Source: Planctomycetota bacterium
Lineage (GTDB): Bacteria; Planctomycetota; UBA1135; UBA2386
Reading direction: 5' to 3'
Length of the DNA stretch: 64,000 nt
Assembly: GCA_965662465.1 (NCBI GenBank)
Contig: CBFIIO010000007.1
Coordinates: 97 to 64,096, forward strand
Part shown: one piece after another, positions 47,001 through 56,022 of the stretch
How the letters are laid out: each line of letters begins with the position of its first letter
Position numbering within the stretch: position 1 is the first letter of the stretch
Translations under genes and position numbers: made by a program
The notes under the pieces: generated by a model
Database searches by the model: none
Seen by the model: only the letters and a program-made list of their open reading frames with translations
What the model was told of the DNA's origin: nothing

Positions 47001-47873
47001 CTAGCTTCGGTCGAAGTCAGAAGGCCGCAGGCGGGGCTGCAGGTTTAGCTTGAAGATGTTGACTGTCGAATGGCTGCGTAGTCTTCCTTTGGCGTCGCGC
47101 CATAGATACTGCAGCCGAGTCGGAACGATCATGCCGCTGCGTTGCTCGAGTCTTTCAAGCTTGATGCGCTCGCCCTTGCCAGGTTGCACTTTGCCGTCCT
47201 TGAGCGGCGTGACATCAATCGCGACAAGGCGGTCTGTCTTCTTGTCTACGTAGATCGTCAGCCGTGCTGGCGCTTCCTCACCAGCGTTTTGCATCATCGG
47301 AAACTTGGCAACGTCGCCATCTATGGCCAGAGTGTCCAGGAAGGTGTCGCGCGTTAGTTGCAGCCTCTGCTCGCGAACTTCACTGCAGTTGCTTAGCGAG
47401 CGGATGACATCGCCTGGCAGTAGAAAGCGAATGAGTTGCTTGGCTAGGTTTTTGTGCTCAAGAAAGCTTTTAAGGTCTTCTTCCTGCTGCGCTCCGGTCA
47501 AGTCTTGTGGCTTTCCGCCGCTACGGTGCCATGGTCCCAGCTTGTCTTGGCCGCGAACAACCGGCTTATCTGAGGATCGACTTTCATACCTCAATAGGGT
47601 GGTCGGTCGCTTGCGCTTTGGTTCTTGGAACTCAAGAAAGGCGACGTCGAGCGCTACATGTCCACCCTTGTCCTTGGTGGCGTCCTTCATCTCCAAATCA
47701 ATGGTCGTGACGAAGGAGGTGACTTTTTGGCTTTGTTCCCCGTGCTGATGAGCTTTCGCAACGCGCAATGCGAATGCCGCTTGGTTGGGTATGCCATTCT
47801 GAGCCGTCAGCGCAGTGCTGGCGGTTGCGAATAGGATGAGGGTGAGTCTGGCAGGCAGTTGGAAAGGGGTCAT
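47001..47873 (-). CDS. Hypothetical secreted protein
   Basis: Signal peptide 'LTLILFATASTALTAQ'. No motif recognised. The composition is consistent with coding. Confidence 0.5.
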   Translation of the reverse strand: MTPFQLPARLTLILFATASTALTAQNGIPNQAAFALRVAKAHQHGEQSQKVTSFVTTIDLEMKDATKDKGGHVALDVAFLEFQEPKRKRPTTLLRYESRSSDKPVVRGQDKLGPWHRSGGKPQDLTGAQQEEDLKSFLEHKNLAKQLIRFLLPGDVIRSLSNCSEVREQRLQLTRDTFLDTLAIDGDVAKFPMMQNAGEEAPARLTIYVDKKTDRLVAIDVTPLKDGKVQPGKGERIKLERLEQRSGMIVPTRLQYLWRDAKGRLRSHSTVNIFKLNLQPRLRPSDFDRS

Positions 47874-48042
47874 CGTTTAGCTCCATGAGAGAAGCGAAGT
47901 TCGTGGCCGAACGTTCTGTTCGGCTGTGAAATGGTAGGTCTTCGATGGGCGCATCGCCACTAGCCGGTGCCATCGGCGTGTGCCCCATGATGGGATTTCT
48001 AGACTCAAGGTGTCCGGTCGTGCGGCCGATCTGTCAGGCAAT

Positions 48043-48945
48043 ATGGAGCGTCTTTCTGCATGGTGTGGGCTTCTTTTTGTGCTCTTTGCGCCGTTGCTCG
48101 CGCAGCAGCGTATGGCTGCTGTGCAGCTTGAAGATGGCCAGCGTTTGGAGGGGCGCGTTCTATCTTTGAGTCTGACGCTGCTTGAGATCGAGGTCAGTGG
48201 CGATGTTTTAAAAGTTCCAGCTACCCGAATTCGTAGCTGTCGATTTACGGAACCTGAGGCGGCTGATCCGTTGCCTGCATCAAAACAGGTGCTAGAGAAC
48301 CCTGATCGGTCACTGAGCACGGCCCCAGATGTGGTTGTAGGCGAGCAGCCTATTGCGGAATCAAAGGTGGCAACCGGTGAGCTTGCTGACGATATCGAAG
48401 ACAGCAAGGTTCAGGAACGAAAGCTGGTAAGCGGCAACTTTGAGACTTGGGTTCGGTCGCGACAACATCCTTTGGATGTTGGTAGTGTCGAATCTGTGCC
48501 CGTCGACCTGCGTCATTCTCATTGGCAGCATCGGATCGGCCTGCTCGACGCCGCGTATCCGTGGTTGGTCCCTTTGGCGCCTTCGCAATGGCTGAGTCTT
48601 GGCTTGCTGCTGTTGGTGGGGGCGGGTCTTGTCATCCACCTGTCTGTGTATGTAACCGGTATCGAGAAGGCTCCCGCCGGACGCAGCATGATTCTGGGCG
48701 GGTGCTACGTCGTTACGGGTCTTTTTCAGGTCGCGTCCGTACCGGTCAATGATCTGTCTGTGGTGTTGATGTTGTCGCTCAACAGCGGCTTGTGTTTGTA
48801 TGGGTTAGTTTCCTTGTTCGGATTGCCACGTGTTGGCGCTGTCGTTGCTCTGATGGTGCAGCTTGGGTTTAGCTTGCTTGTGTTTGGCATACTGGAGCTG
48901 GTTACTGCCTTGCTGGGCGCGGTCGGGGTCGGGGTCGCGACGTAG
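48043..48945 (+). CDS. Hypothetical membrane protein (N-terminal signal/anchor, soluble acidic middle, ~4 C-terminal TM helices)
   Basis: N-terminus 'MERLSAWCGLLFVLFAPLLAQQ'. C-terminal hydrophobic helices 'WLSLGLLLLVGAGLVIHL', 'ILGGCYVVTGLFQV', 'VVLMLSLNSGLCLYGLV' and 'ALMVQLGFSLLVFGILELV'. Confidence 0.5.
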   Translation: MERLSAWCGLLFVLFAPLLAQQRMAAVQLEDGQRLEGRVLSLSLTLLEIEVSGDVLKVPATRIRSCRFTEPEAADPLPASKQVLENPDRSLSTAPDVVVGEQPIAESKVATGELADDIEDSKVQERKLVSGNFETWVRSRQHPLDVGSVESVPVDLRHSHWQHRIGLLDAAYPWLVPLAPSQWLSLGLLLLVGAGLVIHLSVYVTGIEKAPAGRSMILGGCYVVTGLFQVASVPVNDLSVVLMLSLNSGLCLYGLVSLFGLPRVGAVVALMVQLGFSLLVFGILELVTALLGAVGVGVAT

Positions 48946-49208
48946 AAAGTGAATCTGTCCGGGGAGGATAGATTCCGACCCGAGGCACTGGTCACCTCTC
49001 TCGCTAACACCATCCTGGTAGTGAGTCGCCCCGGGTCGGAGCCTCTGAGTTAGCAAGTTACGTGCCGTGGCGCAGAGGGCCTGGAGGGGCATTTGCTTAC
49101 CTCTTGGGCACTTGTTTAAGCTGTTTTGCGTTTCGGCGGCGTAACGACAAATCACGCCAATGCGGTTCCTGTATTGACGTGGCGGCCTCCGCCATCTACA
49201 GACTCGCC

Positions 49209-49982
49209 ATGGCTGGACCTAACGTGCAAGACATTACCGTCGCCTCCTTTCAGCAGGATGTCGTCGACCGCTCGATGCAAACCCCTGTCCTGCTGGACTT
49301 TTGGGCTGGTTGGTGCGAACCGTGCAAGACCCTGGGACCGACCTTGGAGAAGCTGGCCGGGGAATATGGCGGCGGTTTCCTTCTTGGAAAGGTGGATTCA
49401 GAGAAGGAGCAGGAACTCGCCGAAGCATTCGGGGTCCAGGGAGTCCCGTTTTGCGTGTTGATCCAGCAAGGCCGTCCAGCTGACGGCTTTCAAGGGGTCT
49501 TACCAGAGGCGGAAGTGGTCGAGTTTTTAGCGCGCAACGGCATCCAGCCCGAAGCCAACGCTGCGGTTGAAGCAGAGGAACCTGAGATAGATCCGGACAG
49601 CCCAGAAGCTCGGTTTGAAGCGGGGCGGGTTGCTGCCGCAGCCGGCGATGTTGACGCGGTTGCCGAGGCTCTTTCGGGAGTGCCAGAAGAGGACCCGCAC
49701 TACTCGGTTGGACAGCGCCTATCGGCGGGCATGGCTTGGTTTGCAGCAGGTCTTGGGGAAAGTGGCGGCGAGGCCGCGGCTACCTTGGCGCAAGCTAGGC
49801 AGCAGTTCCTTGCGCGCGACTACGAATCTGCCATGAGTTCGATCTTGTCATCAGTAGAAGTTGACCGTGACTATGAGGAGGGTCTAGCTCGTCGAGCTAT
49901 GCTCTTGTGCTTCGTAGTCATCGGTGAAGAGGACGAGCGGCTAGACGCTTTCCGACGCCGCCTTGCGACGCTGCTTTACTAA
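49209..49982 (+). CDS. Thioredoxin domain fused to TPR-like helical domain (YbbN/CnoX-type)
   Basis: Motif 'PVLLDFWAGWCEPCKTLGP' (WCxxC) and 'QGVPFCVL', followed by a ~150-aa helical C-terminal domain. The ATG at 49209 is preferred over the longer ORF. Confidence 0.85.
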   Translation: MAGPNVQDITVASFQQDVVDRSMQTPVLLDFWAGWCEPCKTLGPTLEKLAGEYGGGFLLGKVDSEKEQELAEAFGVQGVPFCVLIQQGRPADGFQGVLPEAEVVEFLARNGIQPEANAAVEAEEPEIDPDSPEARFEAGRVAAAAGDVDAVAEALSGVPEEDPHYSVGQRLSAGMAWFAAGLGESGGEAAATLAQARQQFLARDYESAMSSILSSVEVDRDYEEGLARRAMLLCFVVIGEEDERLDAFRRRLATLLY

Positions 49983-49989
49983 CATCTGG

Positions 49990-50012
49990 ATCGCTCATGA
50001 TACGTGAGCGAT
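49990..50012. terminator. Hairpin between convergent genes (possible bidirectional terminator)
   Basis: 8-bp perfect stem ATCGCTCA/TGAGCGAT with a 7-nt loop. It lies 8 nt after the thioredoxin-gene stop and 24 nt from the response-regulator stop. There is no strong U-tract. Confidence 0.4.
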
Positions 50013-50035
50013 TGGATTGCAGTGGGTGTCTGGGC

Positions 50036-50701
50036 TTACTGCTGATCTAGTGAGGCGTGTGCAGCTACGTGAAGGCGCACTAGTTCTGCAAGCGAGCCTG
50101 CTTGGCTTTTGCGCATGACATTGGCCCGGTGGACCTCGACTGTCTTGTGGCTTAGTCCGAGGCTGGCAGCAACATCCTTGTTTGCCGCACCGCGCACAAT
50201 TTGCTCCATGACCTGATTTTCGCGACGGGTCAGTGATTCGAAGCGTTTGCGAAGATCGAGTTGCTCGCAATCGTCTTGGCGACGTTTCTTATCGATGTCT
50301 ACCGCTCGGCGAAGGATCTCGGCGATTTGCTGGACATCAAACGGCTTCTCTAAGAAATCAATGCTGCCGAGCTTCAGGGCTTGCACTGCTTCAGAAACCC
50401 GCGCCATTCCGCTCATGAAGACTACTGGCAGTTCGCAGCCTAGTTCGGTGATCTCTTGCAGTACTTCCATTCCGGAGCGGTCGGGAAGCATCAGGTCAAT
50501 GACTAGGCAACCCGGGCGTTCGTCGCTGTAAGAACTCAGAAAAGACTCTGCGGTACCATGGCATTCGACTTCAAACCCGCACAGCTTGCCAATCCGCTTG
50601 AATAGGTGCTGGATTGCCGCTTCGTCATCGATAACCCGAACCAGCGGGGACTCAGATTTGATGGGGCCCGAAGGTGCAGATTGGTTGTTCTGGGCAAGCA
50701 T
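50036..50701 (-). CDS. Orphan response regulator, REC + LuxR/FixJ-type HTH
   Basis: REC domain 'VRVIDDEAAI...CLVIDLMLPDRSG...VVFMSG'. HTH 'LTRRENQVMEQIVRGAANKDVAASLGLSHKTVEVHRANVMRK'. No adjacent histidine kinase. Confidence 0.88.
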   Translation of the reverse strand: MLAQNNQSAPSGPIKSESPLVRVIDDEAAIQHLFKRIGKLCGFEVECHGTAESFLSSYSDERPGCLVIDLMLPDRSGMEVLQEITELGCELPVVFMSGMARVSEAVQALKLGSIDFLEKPFDVQQIAEILRRAVDIDKKRRQDDCEQLDLRKRFESLTRRENQVMEQIVRGAANKDVAASLGLSHKTVEVHRANVMRKSQAGSLAELVRLHVAAHASLDQQ

Positions 50702-50872
50702 ATATTTTCGTCCTACTGCGGATGGCGCCGTAGTTCTCGACTCGGTGTCATCGGAACTCTGGGCTACTGCCTTTAATCAAATTGCAGTGTTATTGGCGTT
50801 TTGGCATCTATGTGCATGGCCGGGAACGGTTTCCCACAGTTGCTTTCTCGGTCCTCGACGACAGAGAGTGGT

Positions 50873-52267
50873 ATGCATCTGGAGTCTCTGGGTGGTTCTC
50901 CGTATGGTGCTCGCCCCTTAGTGAGACTTCCACGCGTAGCAATTGTTGGTCGACCCAATGTCGGCAAGTCCAGTTTGATGAACCGGCTGGTGGGCCGACG
51001 TGTGTCCATTGTGGAGCCTACAGCTGGCGTTACGCGCGACCGGGTCTCGGTGGTGGTCCGCAATGATGACTATGCATATGAACTCGTCGACACTGGTGGC
51101 CTCGGGCTGGTTGATGAGGCTTTGCTTAAGGAGCACATCGACTCTCAGATTGCGGTTGCCATCGATACCGCTGACTTGATCCTGTTCCTGGTCGACGGCA
51201 AGGAAGGGCGAGTGCCGGGTGACGATTTGGTTTCGCGCCGTCTGCGACCGTTGCAGAGTCGAGTGCTGTTGGTTGCCAACAAAATGGAGTCGTATTACGA
51301 CGAAATCGCTGCCAGTCAGTGGCTGCGACTCGGCTTCGGTGAGCCGGCTGTAATCAGCGCCAAGGAAGGGTTCGGCGTACACGACATGATGGAGCGCATC
51401 GGTCAACTGCTGCCGAGCGTGCTAGCTACCTCGGAGGCAGATGAGGATGAGAATACGTTGCGATTTGCAATCATTGGCAAGCGCAACTCAGGCAAGTCAA
51501 CGATGCTGAATCGTTTGGCCCAGGAAGACCGAGTCATTGTTAGCGACGTGCCGGGAACCACGCGTGATGCTGTCGATGTGGAACTCCAGCACGAGGGGCG
51601 CAAGTTGCTTGCGATTGACACTGCTGGTGTTCGCAAAAAGAAAAGCCTAGAGCATGCCATCGAACTGTTTGCGCATTCGCGCAGCAACGAGAGCATCCGC
51701 CGTGCGCATATCTGTGTGCACATGTTTGATGTGCGCGACAAGATCAGCCAAGTAGATAAAACTTTGTCTGCCTACTGCGTTGAGCAGAGCAAGCCGTTGA
51801 TCTTGGTCGGCAACAAAATCGATCTCGCTGAAAAGGAAAACGACGGCACCTTTGATATCGAAAAGTGGGACAAATACATCAAGCAGCAGCTGCCCGGGGT
51901 AGACCATGCGCCGGTAGTGTTCTTGTCAGCGCTCGAAGGTACTAACGTCGTTGAGATGTTAAGCCTGCTGTTCGACCTTCGTGAACAGACCTCGCGCGAC
52001 ATCCCTACGCCGCTGCTCAACGACGAACTACAGAAAGCCAAAGAGAAGTTGATGCCATCTGGCGGCAACATTCCCAAGCTGTTCTACGGGACCCAGGTCG
52101 GCAAGGAGCCGCTCTCAGTCGTCGTGTTTGTGAATGACCCAAAGCTGTTTAAGGGGCCATACACGCGTTATCTCGAGCAGCGCTTGCGCGATCGTTTCGA
52201 CTGCCAAGAAGTCCCGGTGCGGATCATCTTTAAGCGTCGAGAGAAGGTCATCCTCAAGAATCGCTAG
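50873..52267 (+). CDS. der: Ribosome-associated GTPase Der (EngA)
   Basis: Two tandem G domains: 'GRPNVGKSS/DTGG/NKME' and 'GKRNSGKST/DTAG/NKID', plus a KH-like C-terminus. An alternative ATG lies at 50801. Confidence 0.92.
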   Translation: MHLESLGGSPYGARPLVRLPRVAIVGRPNVGKSSLMNRLVGRRVSIVEPTAGVTRDRVSVVVRNDDYAYELVDTGGLGLVDEALLKEHIDSQIAVAIDTADLILFLVDGKEGRVPGDDLVSRRLRPLQSRVLLVANKMESYYDEIAASQWLRLGFGEPAVISAKEGFGVHDMMERIGQLLPSVLATSEADEDENTLRFAIIGKRNSGKSTMLNRLAQEDRVIVSDVPGTTRDAVDVELQHEGRKLLAIDTAGVRKKKSLEHAIELFAHSRSNESIRRAHICVHMFDVRDKISQVDKTLSAYCVEQSKPLILVGNKIDLAEKENDGTFDIEKWDKYIKQQLPGVDHAPVVFLSALEGTNVVEMLSLLFDLREQTSRDIPTPLLNDELQKAKEKLMPSGGNIPKLFYGTQVGKEPLSVVVFVNDPKLFKGPYTRYLEQRLRDRFDCQEVPVRIIFKRREKVILKNR

Positions 52268-52317
52268 TGCGCTTGCGTTGGCTGGCCCGCTTGCATGCGG
52301 TTGCCGGTCAAGCGCTG

Positions 52318-53811
52318 CTACCGTCGCCAGAAGTTCGGGGAGAAGAGAGCAAGGACGGTAAGGAGCTCTAGTCGACCGAAGACCATTTGCACTGACAGAA
52401 CCATCTTCGTCCATCCTTCGAGGTCACCGTAGCTGCCGAATGGTCCAATATTTGTCATGCCCGGGCTTGCGAGAGCTGGTCCGCATGAACCAACCATGCT
52501 GGCGCTCGCCGCAAGCGATGACATGAAGTCGAGGTGGGGGTCAAAGCTGACTACCAGTGCGCCAACCATGATTGTGACGATCCAGAGCAGGACAATTGCG
52601 ATGATCGATGAGATCACCGCAGCTGGGAGCACCTCGTTGTCGAGCTTGATCCGTTCGATGCTCTTGGGTCGAACGAAGTGCCGCAACGTGTAGCCGAGTA
52701 ATCGCAGGATGATTAGCAAGCGCACTTGCTTGAAGCCACCGGCAGTGGATCCCGAACAGGCTCCAACAAACATGGCCATGAATAAAGCCAGTGTTGCAGT
52801 GGTCGGCCACAGCTGGAAATCCGCCGTTGCGTAGCCTGTTGAGGTTAGGACACTGACGCCGTTGAATGCTGCCAGTCTCAGGGCTTCGCCAAAAGACTTG
52901 TCTGCGCGCATCAGGCTGATGGTCAGGATGCTAACCAGCAACAGCGTAGAGGCGGTGTAGACGCGAAACTCAGCGGAACGAAAGAGTTTGCCAAAGCACT
53001 TGTAGCCAGTGCGAAAGTGCGTCGCGATGACTGCGAGGCTTGCACCTGCTGCGAACATGAACGCGATCAGGATGATTTCGCCTGGCAGGCTGTCGAATGA
53101 TTGGATCGATGATCGAGTCGAGTAGCCGCCAGTCGCCATCGCGGTGAATGCATGGCAAATGGCATCAAACCAGCCAAATCCGCCGACTAAGGCCAGCAGC
53201 AGGGTGCATAGCGCGGTCATGCCAATGTAGATGATTGCTACATGGCGCGCCTTCTCGATGGCACGAGGTTGATAAGATTCCGTTGGTACGCCGACGGACT
53301 CCGATGACAGCAAGTTCTTGGCAGTGACTCCCATCGCTGGCAGCAGTGCAACGAATACGAGCACGATCCCGATGCCGCCAATCCATTGCAGCATTGAGCG
53401 CCAAAGTAGCAGGCTTGAGTCGACATCTTCGACTCTCATGTTTGGCTCGCCAAGAACCGTTGCACCGCACGTCGTCAACCCACTCATGGCTTCGAAGAAG
53501 GCGTCGATCGGGTTGCCTAGTAATCCAGTCATGTAGAAAGGAATTGCTCCGAGCGCTCCAGCAAGGAACCACGACAAGCCAGCGACTGCGATCGTTTCCT
53601 TGCGGAAGACCTTTGAGTTGTCGCGCTTGCCGATGAACCAAAGCAGCAGGGCGACAGCAAGGCCTACGGCAATGCTCACGACGAACCCCGTAAATGAGGC
53701 TTTCGCGCTTTGCGTGTCTCTAGCGAATGCCAGGACGAGCGGTGGTAATTGCGCCAGCGTAAAGAAGCCGGCGAATCCCGCCATTAAGCGGGCTACCTGG
53801 TTGAGGTTCAT
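52318..53811 (-). CDS. trkH: TrkH/KtrB-family potassium uptake protein
   Basis: ~10-12 TM helices with repeated pore-loop Gly motifs 'MSGLTTCGATV', 'AMATGGYST', 'VLTSTGYAT' and 'SMVGSCGP'. Confidence 0.88.
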   Translation of the reverse strand: MNLNQVARLMAGFAGFFTLAQLPPLVLAFARDTQSAKASFTGFVVSIAVGLAVALLLWFIGKRDNSKVFRKETIAVAGLSWFLAGALGAIPFYMTGLLGNPIDAFFEAMSGLTTCGATVLGEPNMRVEDVDSSLLLWRSMLQWIGGIGIVLVFVALLPAMGVTAKNLLSSESVGVPTESYQPRAIEKARHVAIIYIGMTALCTLLLALVGGFGWFDAICHAFTAMATGGYSTRSSIQSFDSLPGEIILIAFMFAAGASLAVIATHFRTGYKCFGKLFRSAEFRVYTASTLLLVSILTISLMRADKSFGEALRLAAFNGVSVLTSTGYATADFQLWPTTATLALFMAMFVGACSGSTAGGFKQVRLLIILRLLGYTLRHFVRPKSIERIKLDNEVLPAAVISSIIAIVLLWIVTIMVGALVVSFDPHLDFMSSLAASASMVGSCGPALASPGMTNIGPFGSYGDLEGWTKMVLSVQMVFGRLELLTVLALFSPNFWRR

Positions 53812-54397
53812 ACGTGATGATGCGCGTTCATTTGTAACTGCTGGGGCCTCTCAAATCTTGCTCTTGATACCTTCGTCTTTGGGATCTTGGGCTTGCTTGA
53901 TGAGTTAGCTGACTCCGGTGGCAATCTCATCCGGATCTCGATGGCGCGAGTATTACCTCGCGCACGGCTGGAAGTAGCTAAATCCGATCGGCTTTGTGAG
54001 GGGAGCGTCAGTGAAATTCAGAGGTTTCTTGCGTAGTCGTAAGGAGAGAATTTATGGCTGGCCTTGTTACGAGACCCAGTCTTTACGTGTTGACTGAAGA
54101 TACTTTCCATTCTGCGCTGTGCCGAAACCTAGTTTGTCTCTCCTACGCTAAGTATAGCGGCAAACAGTCATCCGCGCGGTAGCTCCCTTGGTATGGGTGT
54201 TCAGAATCACGAACGTCGCATGTGATTAGGTGTAGCCCAGATATCGGCCCGTATTGAGACGGGGACACGAACCGGCCAAAGCTGCATCCTCTCAATTTCC
54301 GAGAACTATTATGGCTGCAATGTGGCAGCCTCAGCCCTGTTTGGGTTCTTAGTGCTATGCTGTTAAGCAGATCAATTCAGGCAACCTCGCTCTAAAG

Positions 54398-55972
54398 ATG
54401 AAGGTCACTCTTCTCCATCCGCCGGTCTACATCAATAAGAACGGCCTTACTGCTTTGCGGCCTAGCTTGCCGCTTGGCCTTGCTTACATCGCTGCAGTTT
54501 TGCGTGATGATAAGCATGATGTGTCAATCATCGATGCCTTGGGAGAGGCTCCAGAGCAGATGGTTCCTGATGGTGACATCTGGCGCCTCGGATTGACTCC
54601 GGAAGAGATCATTGACCGGATCCCTGCGGACACCGAAGCAATTGGTCTCACCAGCATGTGGAGCTACAGCTGGCCAATCGTGCGTGAGCTGATCCACAAA
54701 TTGAGAGAGGCGTTCCCCGACAAGCCGATTGTTTGTGGCGGTGAACACTTCACGGCTGTTCCAGAGTTGTCGATGGAGGAGGCGCCAATCGATTACCTAG
54801 TGATTGGCGAAGGCGAAGAAACTGCGGTTGCCTTGTTCCGTGCTCTTGAGTTGGGTCTCGACCACACGGTCATCCCCGGTATCGCTTACCGCAACAAAAG
54901 TGGTGGCTACGAAAGCAACACCCGTCGCGACCGCATCAAAAACGTTGATGAGATTCCCTGGCCTGCATGGGAGTACTTCGACATTGAGGCATATTCAACG
55001 AACCGTCTCGTCAGCGGTATCTACTACGGCAAGACTGTGCCAATTCTGGCTACCCGTGGTTGTCCGTATCAGTGCACCTATTGCAGTTCCCCGAATATGT
55101 GGACAACGCGTTGGTATGCGCGCGAACCTAAGGACGTTATCGACGAGATCGAGAGCTACTACAAAGAGTTCGGAGCGACCAACTTCCCGTTCCAGGACCT
55201 CACGGCGATTCTTAAGCGCGACTGGGTTGTGGAGTTCTGCAGGCAGGTCGAGGAGCGAGGGCTCAAGATTACCTGGCAGTTACCTGCCGGGACGCGCAGC
55301 GAGATCATTGATGAGGAAGTCGCTGCACTGTTGGTTCGCAGTGGTTGCCGTTCGCTCAACTTCGCGCCTGAGTCGGGTAGTGAGCGGACTCGCAAGAACA
55401 TGAAGAAGATGCTGACCGATAAAAAGTTGTTCCGCGCGGTGCGGGCCTCGGTCAAAGCTGGCTTAAATGTCGGAGCCTTCTTTGTGCTGGCCTATCCCAC
55501 CGATGAAGCGGTTGACATGAAGGCGTCAGTCAAGCTCGCTGGGCGCCTAGGCCGTGCGGGTGTCGATGACGTTTCTGCAGGGTTCTTCTTCCCGCTGCCG
55601 AACACCGAGATCACGCGACAGCTTGAAGGCGAGGGTAAGATCCAATACTCCGATGCCTTCCTGAAGTTGCCTATCTATGTGCACAACAAGTTCCTGAGCG
55701 AAGATCGTAAGTTCTGCGATGCGTTGACCGCCAAGCAGTTGACGCGGTGGAAGTACCGGGTCGTGTTTGCCTTCTACTTCAACAGCTTTCTTTTCCATCC
55801 GACGCGGATACTGCGCATCATGTGGAACTTCGTCCGTGGCAAGGAGACCTCGAAGATGGAGTCGTTCTTGCAAGAGACCATGCGCAAGCTCCGCTTGCGT
55901 AAGAAACCGAAAAGCGACGCGCGTAAGGCTGTCGCAACCACGACAACTCCTGGTCCCGTAGCCAAAATCTGA
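54398..55972 (+). CDS. B12-binding-domain radical SAM enzyme (class B) with hydrophobic/basic C-terminal region
   Basis: N-terminal flavodoxin-like 'KVTLLHPP....LGLAYIAAVL...IGLTSMW'. Radical SAM cluster 'ATRGCPYQCTYCSSP'. C-terminal 'VVFAFYFNSFLFHPTRILRIMWNFV' followed by 'KLRLRKKPKSDARK'. Confidence 0.85.
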   Translation: MKVTLLHPPVYINKNGLTALRPSLPLGLAYIAAVLRDDKHDVSIIDALGEAPEQMVPDGDIWRLGLTPEEIIDRIPADTEAIGLTSMWSYSWPIVRELIHKLREAFPDKPIVCGGEHFTAVPELSMEEAPIDYLVIGEGEETAVALFRALELGLDHTVIPGIAYRNKSGGYESNTRRDRIKNVDEIPWPAWEYFDIEAYSTNRLVSGIYYGKTVPILATRGCPYQCTYCSSPNMWTTRWYAREPKDVIDEIESYYKEFGATNFPFQDLTAILKRDWVVEFCRQVEERGLKITWQLPAGTRSEIIDEEVAALLVRSGCRSLNFAPESGSERTRKNMKKMLTDKKLFRAVRASVKAGLNVGAFFVLAYPTDEAVDMKASVKLAGRLGRAGVDDVSAGFFFPLPNTEITRQLEGEGKIQYSDAFLKLPIYVHNKFLSEDRKFCDALTAKQLTRWKYRVVFAFYFNSFLFHPTRILRIMWNFVRGKETSKMESFLQETMRKLRLRKKPKSDARKAVATTTTPGPVAKI

Positions 55973-56022
55973 GCCGTTTGGTTGGATGGCCGCGCTTGGT
56001 GGCCGGTTTGCGACTGGTGCTG

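Noticed and set aside
53990-54290. Possible cobalamin or c-di-AMP (ydaO-type) riboswitch in the trkH/radical-SAM intergenic region.
   Set aside because: Only short fragments resemble the conserved cores. I could not find a B12 box or the paired pseudo-symmetric ydaO helices. It is kept as a region of interest, not called as a feature.
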